From assembly GCF_009914755.1 (NCBI RefSeq), contig NC_060943.1: a DNA stretch of 64,000 bases. One strand, written 5' to 3'. This DNA is from the human T2T-CHM13v2.0 reference genome, Homo sapiens. Below are positions 12,699 through 31,325 of this stretch, in pieces (the stretch's first letter is position 1; each line of letters opens with the position of its first letter). Below the pieces are notes generated by a model. It was not told the origin of the DNA, did not search any database, and saw only the letters and a program-made list of their open reading frames with translations. Both the position numbers and the translations under genes were made by a program.

Positions 12699-15394
12699 TC
12701 CCCCAGCTCTCTTCGTGTCTCTCTAGAGCCCCCATCACTCTTCATTTATTTGTTTGCTGGCCCTCCAGGTAACATGTAAGCTCCCTGAGGGCAGGGACAG
12801 AGCAGGTGTCGGTATCTATGGAATGAATGAATAAACGGATGGTGGTCCCAGCAAGCAGGCTGGAGGCCGGGTGTGGAGAGATAATGGGGATGAGGTGGAG
12901 GAGGAGTAAGCAGGGGCAGGGTGTGCAGGAGGGAGCCCCTGCGGCTCTCCAGCCAGGGGGCAGTGGGTGGGCACGGAGGTCAAGGAGGCAGGGACATCCC
13001 AGAGCTGGTGCGAGCAGAGAGCTCTGCCTGGGGACTGCAGTGAAGCTGTGGATGAAACCTGCCCTCACAGCACAGCACGGTGAAGTGGTCTGGGGCACCT
13101 CACACTCACCTCACATGGGACCCTCAGAGGCCCTGACCCTCCTGCCAGGGTCACATGAGCAGGTCACACCTCCTGCACATCTTGGCTCCAATACGACCTT
13201 TTCCGGATGGTCTTCCCCGGCCTCCCTCTTTGAACCTGCAGCTCTTCTCCTTGCCCAATCCCCTACTAGTCCCTGGCCTGAGGTTTCCCCACTTGCCCTC
13301 CAGATACACCCCCCTGCACTGTGCCCAGAGGCCAACCTACCCGACCTCCTCAGCATGCACGCTGCCTCCTGTCTCCAGGCGCACTGAGCCAACGACAGGC
13401 ACATGAGGCTGGGGTCAGGAGGAGAGGGAGGAAGACAGTGGATCCACTCCCCTGGCTCCCTCCCTGGGGACCCTGGAACTAAATGGCTGGGGGCACCCCT
13501 CCATCCAGGGCTGCTGCTCTGATGACAGCGCCCTGCCCCACAGCACAGCCCCTGCTGGGTTTCTGACCAGGTTCCCCACTCTTCTTTCCACTGTCTTCCT
13601 CCCTCTCCTCCTGCCCCTAGCCTCATGTGCCTGCCTTCCCTTAACGTTCGCACAGCTCTGTGTATCGTCCCCTCTCTCAACTCTCCTTAGTGGCCCCCTG
13701 GAGTAAACTCCTAACGTGGGGCCAGGTCCCTGGCTAACACAACACTTAGCACACAGCACCTTCCAACCTAAACGCAGCGGGTGCTGCCTGGTGCTTCCTG
13801 GTGTTCTCCGGCCCGCCGCCTCGGGTGGAAACACTGGGAGATGGAGCTCCAGGTTGCCTCGGTCACTGCCGTGCCCTCGCCTGGTGCCTTGCCTGACACA
13901 CAGCAAACGCTCAACACATATCTGCTGAATGACACACGGGGCCACACACACAGCTGTGGGATGAGAAGATGCCACATCAGCCGCAGCAGGGCAGGAAGCA
14001 GCCCTGGAGTCCCAGCCTGCCCAGGAAGGGTGGAGGGTCAGAAGCAGCCGCACATGCTGACATGACTAGAGCCCCGCCCGCTCCCCCACGTGCCCTTCCT
14101 ACCCTCCCAGGAGGGTGAGCAGGTGGCTGGGTGGACACCAGCGGCCAGAGCTTCCTCTGGGCTGGGGCTGCTTTTCTGCCACGCTCAGCCATTGGGATGA
14201 AAGGGCAGAGGGAAGTCGGTGAGAGTTCGTAAACATGACCACATCCCAGATGGCCATGCTGTCAGGAGCTAAAAGTGCAGTCACCAGCACCTTGTGCTCG
14301 GATATCCCCCATGGCCTCCCACGCTCTTTCCCTTCACTCAGGAAAGCCCATGGTGGGATGGGCACAGAGGCAAAACTCGTCTCTGCAGAATCCCCAACAG
14401 CTTAGGGGCAATGACACCGAGACCCTGCTATGGACAGCCTCAGCCACAGTCGTCGAATAGCATGACCGGCCGAAAATGCCCATCCTCAGCCACCAGCCTG
14501 CATAGCCCAGCCCAGCCCACCTCTCCCACACTCCCCTCTCCCTGCCTGGCCACACTCCTTAATCATAACAGGTGCTGGCTCCCCATGGCCTGACACCATG
14601 CCCCCACCTGTAATGCTCACAGAAGGGCTGGCCTTCCCCTTGTTCAGAACCTTCTGAGAGACAAATTTCTCAGGGCACCCAGACTGGGATCCCAAGGGCT
14701 GAGCAGAAAACTTGATAAGCCACCTTCTCCTTGAACACTCAGCTGCCACTGCAAAGAAAATCTACAACCATGCTTATTTCTCCATGGGGCTCCGCCAGAA
14801 CAGAACCCACCCTGTGCAGGGCTCTGAGCATAAGAAGGGCTAGCCTGAGCCACGAGGCAAGGCAATATGCTACAGTCATTAATTACAGGACACCAAGTAA
14901 TAAAGTTTTATAGAGACATGCCCTTTGATTTCCCATGGCATAAACCAAGCCCCCAGAGAGACTGTCAGGCTCAGAGTCAACACAGACGAATTCTTCCTGC
15001 AAATTCGGCAAATGTAGCACCAACAAAACATCTCTAACAGGTTTCTGCTGCAGCTTTTGTTAACTGGCACCCAGAATTTAAAAGGCAAAAGCCATTATCA
15101 TCCCCAGGTCCCAGGGTAAATAAGCCATGCTTTGCTGCAGACAGACAAGGCACAAGAGCTCCAGGGCCTCAGAGACCCACAGAACAAGTCTCTGAGCCCC
15201 AGAGGCCAGGACCCCCGCTGCCCTGGAAACAACCAAGACCCAGTAAGCAGCCCAGGACCAAGAACGGAGTGACCAAGACTGAGGCCAGTCCTCAAGGAGG
15301 GTATGATGCCACTGCCCCCACAAGCCGTCTCTGTCTCCACACAACCCACACCCCCGTATCAGTACTGGGACACCCTCTCCTCAACAGCCACGTG

Positions 15395-16752
<1,358 letters not shown>

Positions 16753-18452
16753 TCACACCGCTAAGTTCCCAGTAGGAGAGGCCAGCCAAGGACCAGCCAC
16801 CTCCTCCCCTCAGCCTCCAGCGTGGGGCCAGGCACCAGACAGATGCTCAGGCAGCCCACTGGGCACCAGACCGTAAGCGCCAGGCTGGAGAGGGTTGCCA
16901 CGGCGGAACAGGACCTCGAGGCAACTGGCCAGCAACCTCCACCTTGCACCTCTGTCTCCTGGGGCGGATAGGGGTGCCAAGCATACACAGAAACCAAGAG
17001 ACAGCTGTGTGGAGTCAGGACCTGGGGAAGAGCCAGGGAAGGCACAGGGATACTCAGTGGCCAGCCTGCCTCCCATAGGCCCACCCGTCCCTAGCCCCCA
17101 GTCGGCCTGAGTCTTCTGCTCCTGGAGCACAAGGTTCACATTGTGGGGTTGGGCTCTTGACCCAGAATGTGAATTCTGCAGAAGACTCTCCAGAAGAATG
17201 CTGACTCCAGTGTAACCTACGGCTCAACAGGGGTACACGCCCAGGGCAGTTCACCTTTGCCTCTTTTTGGCTCTGCAACAGCTCCTGGGAGCCACTCAGT
17301 TAAAGAATTAAGGCTATTTCTTCATCCTACCCCTCGGAATTCTGTCCCCATTCCCCACCATGACTCCTTCCCTCAATCACTGGGAGTCTCCCAGGAAAGC
17401 AGGATGGGATGCTGGACTAATTTAGAGTAAATCCCCTTTTCATTCATTTCACCAAGCACCAATCACAGGGCAGCCACAGACTGGCCCTGCGGATACAAAA
17501 GAACCCCAGGGGTTCTAAGGATGCTAGGAGAGGCATGAAGGGAAGCAACTCCTAACCCACAATGGGCAGACGTGTAAAAGTGTACTGCTGGGGAGAAAAC
17601 TGAGTGTTCTGGAGTTCTGAGCACTAAACCTTTACCCGAGGGCTGGGAAAGGCTTCTGGGAAAGGGAACCATCTGAGCTGGGCCTGCAAATACGTGAAGA
17701 ATCATATAGAGGACAAGAACATTCCAGGGCTAGTTGGGTGAGTGTGCAAGGGAAGAAGGGAATGGAAAAAGCCATGTGGGAGAGCAGATGCAGACAGGTC
17801 TGGCTGGAGCTGACAGATTTCAAATTATCAATCCTGTCTGTGGAAAGCTCAAAGCATTGCTTAAGGAGACAGCAGCAGTGCCACCAAGTGCCATGGGATA
17901 GGGACCCCTCTCCATGAGGGGATGGGAGGTGACCTCAGCGCACTCTGTCTCAACCTGAAGCCTACACCCAGGCTAGCAAGAGAAAGTAGGATCAACCCTG
18001 AAACACCCCACATCTTAAAAAGAGAGATGCATTCAGGGTAGATTCTTGAGTTTCAAATTAAATCTGAGATGCTAGTTTAGGGCTTCCCCTACTCCCCAAA
18101 TCATATGGGGCACACCCCAGTCACCTGGAACTCTCATGGACCCCCTCTGTCCCAGGCTCTGGTAGGATTCTACAGACAACCAAACCCAACTCCCAGTGAG
18201 CCCACGGCAATGGCCGTGACTTGCTGGCATCATGCCTCGTTATGCCTGACTCTATGATCTGTTCTGTGAGTGTGGCTAGGAGCTGAGCTTTGCGGGAAAC
18301 ACACTTAATCATTCTGCTCTAAAGGAAGCCACTGGGGTCAACCTCAGGCTCAAAGTACATGGGAAAGCCCCATACCAGACTGGGATGGCTCTTCCCAAGG
18401 AGACTGCCAGGCTCTGGAAGCTCCCACACCCTCTCAATAGCAGACCTCTCTA

Positions 18453-18853
<401 letters not shown>

Positions 18854-20119
18854 TCATTCCAGGATCCAGTCAGTTCCAGACTTGCTCCCGTCCAGACATC
18901 AGCTTGGTTCCTTCAGGAGAGCAGCAGGTCTCAGGCCAGCTTGGAATCCTGAACCCAAATGCAACCCCTGGCACTCCCTGTGAGCACCGAGCCAGCCTAA
19001 CCAGAGAGACAGCACACCCACAGCTGGGCACCAGCCTGCTCAGTCTACCCTTTAAAAGGGTCACAGGCTGGATTCAAGGATCTGACCCTGAGTTCCTTGA
19101 CACCCATCTGAGACTTTGTCTGCACTGTTCTCTACCTGAAGGGAGTCTCATTGCTGAAGGACTAGCACAAAAGTCACCCAGGAAGTGAAGCCTTCCCACA
19201 CTTTATCTGAGCTCAGAGTCCATGCCCCTCCTTTGCAAATGGCAAGACCACACGGCAAGCAGATGGATGACAGAGTCCCATGTGTCCATCTGTTCCAGTG
19301 GCCTGTGAGTACCTTAAGGGAAGACCCACTGCTATTCCTGGAATATAGCAGGTGCCCACAAAATATTTGATTTGTATGCTCTAAGCTCCCTCAACCTTGG
19401 GGGCCAACTTAGAACCCACTTTCTGTTGCCATTTTCCCTGTATCTTAAAAAGAGAGATGCATTCAGTCCACTAGATCCCCCATTCTGACCTCAGTTTCCA
19501 ACCTGGCATCTGGAATACTGCTCCCTCCTACACCATGCCCCCTCTACCCCACTGTACCACCAGACCCACACCTTCTCCCATTGAACTCACACATAGCTCA
19601 GGGGAGCCTAATCTTTAAAAAACAGATCAAGCAGCTTGTAACAAAACCCTTCCAGCCCATCAGGGCAAAGTCTGAAGCCGCCACCTGGAACACCACACCT
19701 TCCAACCAGCCCCAGGCATGCACCCCTGTCCCCAGAACACTCTGAACTCTCAACCTTTGTCCCTTACCCTGGGCTCAGATGCTCCCTATCTGGGAGATTC
19801 CGCCCAACGCTCTGGTGAACCCATCTGTCCACCCTTCCTCCCACTACGACCACTCAGCTTTCTTTCATTTAGCCCAGTATGGAGCACCTACTGTGTGCAA
19901 GGCACCGGGCTACTGAGAAGCAGGTAACATACCTGCCCTTGCACTCTAAATGCAGAGAAGATAAAGAACAAGTACAAACAATGCTCTATATAGTTTATCA
20001 GGTGATGATGAGGGCACAAAAAGTGGGATAGATGGTTAGAGAAGGATTCCCTGAGGGGGTGACATTTGGCCCCTGAAAGAAATGGGGAAGTGCCCTGCTG
20101 GGAAAAGGGAATTCCAAGT

Positions 20120-20790
20120 CCGTCTCGAATACCGCCTCCTCCGGGAAGCGCCCGGGTCCCTGGGGTCCTCGCAACGCCGCCCTCCTACCCGGGGGTCTTG
20201 GCAGCGAACATGCGTGTCGACCCCAGCCCCCACCGCAGCCGCACACGGTGGGGCCGCCAGACGCGGGCAGGTGGGGCCGGAGCCAGCCAGGAGGGTGGAG
20301 AGGAGCTGCGGCCCCCGCGCTGACCCTGACTCGGAGCGTGCAGCTCGCCGACCGGCGCTGGGACTCCGGGCCAACGGGAAGAGGCGCCTACCCGCGGCAT
20401 TCAGCGACCCCGGCTGACGCTCTCACCCGCGGTCCGGCCGGGACACCCATGCCCCTCTCCACGCCAGCGGGAAAGAGCGAGGGAGGCGCAGCACTCACCC
20501 GGTGGCCGCCGCCATGTTCGCCCGGCACCGGCGTCACGTGAAGTGCGGCGTCAGCTGAGCCCCTCCGGGTGCCAATGCATGGGGCGGGGTAAGGGCGGGG
20601 CAGGGGGCGGGGCATGGAGTCCTTGACCCACCTCCTCCAGAGCCAAATTCCACGGGACGGGAAGGGGCGGTACCTGGGGAAGGGCGGAGCCCCGATGGGG
20701 CGGGGCTCCTGGAGATTGGGGGCCCAAGAGCTCGGCCAGGATAAATGAGCGGGCTGCCGGCTGCAGACAGTAGGTCGGGTTAGCGGGCAG
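20120..20790. promoter_or_regulatory. PEPD: CpG island / TATA-less PEPD promoter
   Basis: High CpG density around exon 1. GC boxes (GGGCGG) at ~20581, 20593, 20604, 20664, 20698; CCAAT 20572-20576 and ATTGG ~20714; E-box TCACGTGA 20534-20541; YY1-like AACATGGCGGC over the start codon. Confidence 0.9.
20499..20515 (-). CDS. PEPD: PEPD exon 1 coding part (ATG GCG GCG GCC ACC GG; M1-A-A-A-T-G6 partial)
   Basis: Minus strand reads cgaacATGGCGGCGGCCACCGG|GTGAGT. Strong Kozak (-3 A, +4 G) and consensus donor. The 17 nt join exon 2 in frame to give the prolidase N-terminus [18 protein letters not shown]. Confidence 0.97.
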
Positions 20791-23700
20791 CATCTGCAGC
20801 CTTTTCGTGGTGGGAGGGAGGTCCTGAAGCAGAGGACATCTTGATTCTGGTTCAGTCCCCGATCTGGCGTACCAGCCCACCCGGGAGAAGAACACATAGG
20901 AATAAAGAAACCACGTGGGAGGAGAGGAGGGAGACTGACCCAGGCTAGGGTCGGGGCAGAGGTGGCGATTTTTGTTTAAGAAGGGAAAGGGCTTGAGCAA
21001 AGGCCGTGGGGCAACTGGAGGACTCTAAATGTGCAGCGTCCAGGAGAATGTGCGCGAGAGAGGGGCAGCCTAAGGGAAGCAAGGGCCAGACCCTGCGGGG
21101 CCTCCACTGTGGGGCCTATGAGTTAAGTCTGGTAGGATCTTTTCTAGGTTTCCTGGGCTGCAGAATGGAGAAGCTGGAGGAAGGGAAGCCAGGGAGGAGG
21201 GCAGGCGAGAAGTGGGCACAGCCGAGAAGGGTTTAGGAGGGAGAGTCTGCCAGAAGGCTTACTCCTCTGCCCCACTGGGCACTGGTACTGGGTGCAGAGT
21301 CCTGCAGAGAAGGTGTAGGGACCCTGCAGCAGACGCTGCCCTCCCTACTGCCAACAGAGTCAGGGCATTACAAGCACGGCCCAAATGCGTTGCACATGTG
21401 AGCTCATAGAAACCTCACCACAGCCCTATGAGGTCGAGACTATCTTTAAGTCTATTATACAGATGAGGAAACTGAGGCCAGAGAGTGCTCACACAGAGGC
21501 TGAGCTCATGAAGCCATACCCTGAGGAGTGACCTCACTGCCCCTGTGAAGGAAGGGGGCCCCACACTGTTGGGGGAGGGCGTCCCTGGCGCCAAGGGTGT
21601 ACAGATGTGTGTGGTGTACAGATGTGTGTGGACAGGTGGATGGGTGGCCCAGGATAGGCGTGTGGGGCTCCTGACCCCACCCTGCAGCTGTCCCACAGCT
21701 GGAAGTGGCTTCTGATCAAAGGTTGTGGGTTGGGGGATGCTTCTTGTTTCTTTATCGAAACAAGGATGTGGGTCACCATGGCCAGGCTGGTGGGAGCCAG
21801 GGGCTATGACTGGAGAAGCAGCTTCTGTTTGTCCCCATGAAGCAGGGAGGAGAATAGGCCCCTTAAATAGGAGCAAGGGAGCCAGCCATAAGCAGGGTAG
21901 TGAAGGGCACGTGGCACAGTTACCTGGAAGCCCAGTACCATCCCTGCTGTCCTCATCTGTCAGGAGAGAGCTAATGGGGCCACCTCACAGGGCTGCTAGA
22001 GGGTTTTACACTCAAACCTGCAGGCACAGCCAGAGACCAAAGCTGCCAGGAGGAATGTGGCCCCTCCAGACAGCCCCTCCCACCTCCCGGTCCCAGATAA
22101 GGAAAACGAGAGCTAATGGAAGAGGGGGGGCCTCATCCCTTCTACCCCTTCCCACAACACATGGGCAATTTGCAGGGGTCCCTGACCTCCAGGCAAGGTC
22201 CAAGAGGAGCTCTCTCCACCCTCTTGCCAGTTTCCAGGAAGAAGAACAGAGGTAAGGATTCACACCCCACTGCCTGGCCTAGGGGCCCCTGAGAACTTCT
22301 AACACCCCTAGTTAAGCAGTAGGTCCGCCTTCAGCTTAAGAAACTCAACTCCCTAGTAAGTGGCGCTTTAAAAAATACATAATAACAAAGGGTGAGCAGA
22401 ATGAGCTTTCCATGCGCCTTCAAGGAAGGAAAACATACCCCCCAGCTCATTCATTGCACCTGCCTCCCACCATTTCTTTTGACATAAAATATGTCAAAAT
22501 TAAGCCAGCTGCCAGCTCTGAGTGCTTACTAATATGAAAAAGAAGTCAATATCCCAAACACAAAATAATGGAAGGAAGGCACCCACCAACTGAGTGGAGC
22601 TCCCTTGTTTGTGGACAGTAATATGGAGGCACTGCCCATGACCCCTGCCCACCCAGGTCCCCTGCCCTCTCCCCTCCCCATCAGGGGCTCCGGCAGGGCT
22701 GCCCCTCACCCCTCACCCCTCCCCATCAGAGGCTGTGGCAGGGGCTCCAGAAGCCGCCCAGAATATGGGAGAAGACCATTTAGTTACTTATGCAGGGCAG
22801 ACCCAGGACGTTGCTGGAGCCAGGAGGCAATTGGGGGAAGATTGATTTTAGAGAGTCGAAGTGGGAGTGTGTAAATCAGCCAAGGCAGCGCGCCAGGCAG
22901 CACTCTCATGCGGCATTGCCTCCGAGGTCACAGGCCCTTGTGGCCGAAACAGTCTCCTCTCGTCAAGCCCTGCAGGTGGCTGGTAGATGTCTGCACTCGG
23001 TCAGCCTGGTAGCCCGGTAGCCAGCATAGCATTATTCTCCAGAAGGGCCCCCCCCACTCCCGTCAGGCCTTGCAAAAGAAGCTTCACCCTGGGAAGACAC
23101 CTCTTGTGTCCCGGGACACTGTGTCCAGCCAGGTTTCCCTCCTCCACCCATTCCCCACAATCTAGCCCCCACTCTTGCAACTCCGTGGACGCTGCTGACA
23201 GCTGGCTGCCTGGAGACGGCAGGCCCAGATGTGGCGGCCTGCTAGGCTCTGACTCATGAGCCACCCTTGGGCCATGAAGGGGAGGTCCCCGGGAAGAGCC
23301 CTGTCCATCTTCTGCTGTGGATTGAGGGCACTGGTCTACCAGAGGCTCTGTGGGACTGCACTGGAGGTAGCCTGGATGCTGGTTCTGCCCTGCACCACCC
23401 AGTTGTTGCCCACAGTGCCACTCCAGGACTGGCCATGCTGTGAGGGCCAGGGATCCAGACCCTGCCCTTGCCTAGAGGATCTTTGGTCTGGGGACAGAGG
23501 TAGAGGAGCCCTCCACACTGTCCCTGGGGAGTCCACCATCTGGGAGGGCCTCAGAACGGGGCTTCGAGGGTTCTGCTTTTGGCTAATGGGGAGATCCTGG
23601 GGGATTCTGAGCTGCAAGCTGCCGATCCAAACCCCTCTCTCCAGCAGGAGCTCAGGAGGATTAGCAGAGAGAACTGAAAAGAGCCAATAAGAGCCAATAA

Positions 23701-24901
23701 AGCCACTGCACGGGGCCGCCAGCCTCAGATGGTCAAAGCCCTACACAAGATGGCATTTGGGTGTTTTGCGATTGTTTGCTTTTGCTGAGAATAGAAGACT
23801 GGATGCAGAAAGCCAGCACCAAATAAACAGAAGAGGAAGAATAGAGGGGACTGTGGGTGTGAGATAGGGGCAGGGTGGCATATGGCAACCCAGTGTCTTC
23901 CCAAGTGGGAAAGCAAGGAGCGTGATGGGTGTGGAATGCCCAGGAGACCGTCTCTCTATCCTGGTTCTGGCAGATCCCAGCCTTGGGCCTTTGCAGGGCC
24001 TGCAGAGGTAGCCACAGCTCTCCCACTCCAAAGGCCTGTGTGGCCTGCTCCTTCCTCCAGGCCTACACCCCAGCTGTCACCACCATCCATCAACCCCCCT
24101 CCTCACAGGAGCCCCCACATCACGTTCTACTCCTCCTCTCCTTTCTCCCCCAGCCCAGCCCACCTGGGCATCTATCTTCCTGTAGAAAAGAGGCAGGCAG
24201 AGCTGAGGGGCCTTCCCAAGGAAGCCCCCATCACCGCCTCAGATGAAGTGGTCCCTGCTGAATGCTTTGCTGGGGTCTACGAGGCAATTCAAGATGAGAA
24301 ATGGAACGGTGGCTTCGGAAAAGCAAATCATTCCAACAGCACCTGAAAACATCGAAGGAAACAAGCTCTTTTTGTGTGTGTGGAAATGGGGAATATATTG
24401 TTTCTCACTGTTTCGAAGACTGTTTTCCCATCTTGAAATCACAAGCTGTTTTCTTCCAGAGAGACTTATAAATACATCCAATTATCGACATTCAATATAA
24501 GAAATAAAGTTCTGAAATGGTTTTCTTCAGCACATGCAGAGTGAGCCGACCAGGTTGGGCAGGTGATAATTACTTTTATTTCTTACGAGTGGGTATCACC
24601 GCGGAGTGGCTAGAAGCTTCACCTTTTATTGCCTTCACCTTTTATTACATTTCCCACGTTGTGCAGGGCTATTCATTGGTAATTTTATTATCCCATATCA
24701 AGATCTTGATTAAAAAAAAAGGATGAAATTTCTAATTTCAAAAGATATGAGTGCAAAGTCCCAGAGTAGGAGGATTTGGTCCTATACCTTGTGACCTGAA
24801 GAGTAACCCTCCAGGGGGATGGACTGTCCTTGTGCCCAGCTCCAAGTGACTGAATGTCACTGACTAGACAGTGGGTGTCTGCTGGCATTCACAATTGTTC
24901 C

Positions 24902-27226
<2,325 letters not shown>

Positions 27227-27917
27227 CAGTACTTATTATTAGAGAACCTGGACACAGTGGTTAGGAATTGGATGTAGGAAGCTAGGTCCGATTCCTGGCA
27301 CTGCTATTTACTTGCTGTGTGGCATAGGGAAAATAACCCAACCTCTCTGAGCCTCAGCATCCTCATTGGTAAAATGGGGACGATGGGTCCCAGCTGGGAG
27401 GATTGTTGAGAGGATTAGATGAATGTCACAGGAGACACTCAGCTCAGCCCCTGGCTCATGGGGGTGCTATCCTTATTTCAGTGGTCATGTGAGGGGTAGG
27501 GGCAGTGAGGAGAGACAAGCATCCTTATCTCCAAGGTGTGAAGGTGGGGGAGATGACCTGTGAGGTCACTGTAGCCCTGCTCAGCTACAGAGCGACCTTG
27601 ACCGAAGGAGTGAGTCCATAACCCCAAGCCCAGGGGGCCAGTGCTTAGCCCCTTTGAGAGGACTGGCTGGGACCTGGGGTTGCCACACCACCTCAAGCAA
27701 GCAGGCTGGCAGTCCAGCCAAACACAGCAGTGCTAAAGGGAAAGAGAGGAACAAGGGTGAGCAGGAAGTCTTCCAGGGTAGGGGAGATGCTTCCTCGCTA
27801 CACCCAGGGCCTCTGGTCCAGTCCGGGGCTTCAGCCACAGGGCTCTGCTTGTGCGCATGGATTTGCATGTAAGGAAGAGATAGCCTGCAAGGAGGTTTGT
27901 AAGAGGAATTAGAGACA

Positions 27918-28365
27918 TGTAATAGATTGCAGAATTGACCTCAAATTCTTCTACGTGCTGCGTCCACAACCCGCTTTTGTGATGTTCAACCCCTCCCATC
28001 TAGAGGTAGAATCTATTTCACCAGCCCTTGAATGTGGCGGCCACGTGACTTACTTTAGAAAATGAGAAGGAAAGCTTGGAAGGTGCTCCTCCACCAGGCT
28101 CACCTTCTTGCCATTCTTGGAAGCCCTGCTACCATCACCATGGGAAGATGCCCTCGCCGGAGGGTGAGATACCTGGTCAACAGCCTGCTAACCAGCAGAC
28201 ACACAGGCGTGGGCAGCCTTGATTATCCAGCCTGAGGCCAACTGCTGGCCCACGAGTGAGTCCAGCAGAGACCAGCCAAGCCAGCCCCCGCATCCTGAGC
28301 TCTCTCAGGGATCGTCTTACCCATTGCATCCAGCAGCGTTTTAGACCATGATTATAACCAACACA
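27918..28365 (+). mobile_element. Old MaLR LTR (MLT1-like)
   Basis: gtagaatctatttcaccagcccttgaat...gtgacttacttt...gagtgagtccagcagagacc motifs. Confidence 0.55.
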
Positions 28366-28392
28366 GGGTGGAAGGAGGAGATCCTGGGACTA

Positions 28393-30708
<2,316 letters not shown>

Positions 30709-30756
30709 TTATAAATAACATATAGCAACAAATTGGATAACCTATTTGAAACAAAC

Positions 30757-31325
30757 AAGAAATAACCATAAAAATGGGCAACCAGCAGCCATTCTTTTTT
30801 TTTTTTTTTTTTTTAGACGGAGTCCTGCTCTGTCCCCCAGGCTGGAGTTGCAGTGGCAAAATCTTGGCTCACTGCAGTCTGTGCCTCCCGGTTCACACCA
30901 TTTTCCTGCCTCAGCCTCCTGAGCAGCTGGGACTACAGGTGCCCACCACCATGCCCGGCTACTTTTTTTGTATTTTTAGTAGAGACGGAGTTTCACCGTG
31001 TTAGCCATGATGGTCTTGATCTCCTGACCTCGTGATCCGCCCGCCTCAGCCTCCCAAAGTGCTGGGATTACAGGCGTGAGCCACTGTGCCTGGCCCAGGA
31101 ATAGCCATTCTTTTATTCCTCTACTTTCTTTCTTTCTTTTTTTTAAATCGAAACTATTTTTTATTAAAGGAAGGTGCATTTAGATTAAAAAAAAATTTTT
31201 TTATTCCTCTACTTTCTTAATAAACTTGCTTTCACAGTGCTCTGTGGACTCACCCTGAATTCTTTCTTGTGGGAGATCCAAGAACCCTTTCTTGGGGTCT
31301 GGATCCAGACCGCTTTCTGGTAACC
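30757..31325 (+). mobile_element. 3' part of a MER41-like ERV1 LTR, interrupted by an AluY-like copy (-, 30795-31095) and a short retroposed insert (31131-31198)
   Basis: CAAGAAATAACCATAAAAATGGGCAACCAGCAGCC ... TAGCCATTCTTTTATTCC ... AATAAACTTGCTTTCAC ... GGGGTCTGGATC ... GGTAAC. Alu flanked by AGCCATTCTTTT. Confidence 0.8.

Noticed and set aside
20505-20558. Antisense GCCGCCGCCATG Kozak-like start with a 14-codon ORF (MFARHRRHVKCGVS)
   Set aside because: By-product of the Met-Ala-Ala codons and YY1 motif on the other strand. No evidence of a transcript covering it.
23679-23702. AAGAGCCAAT x2 (double CCAAT). Other short duplications at 21597-21630, 22668-22745 and 47080-47112
   Set aside because: Ordinary slippage duplications with no supporting context.
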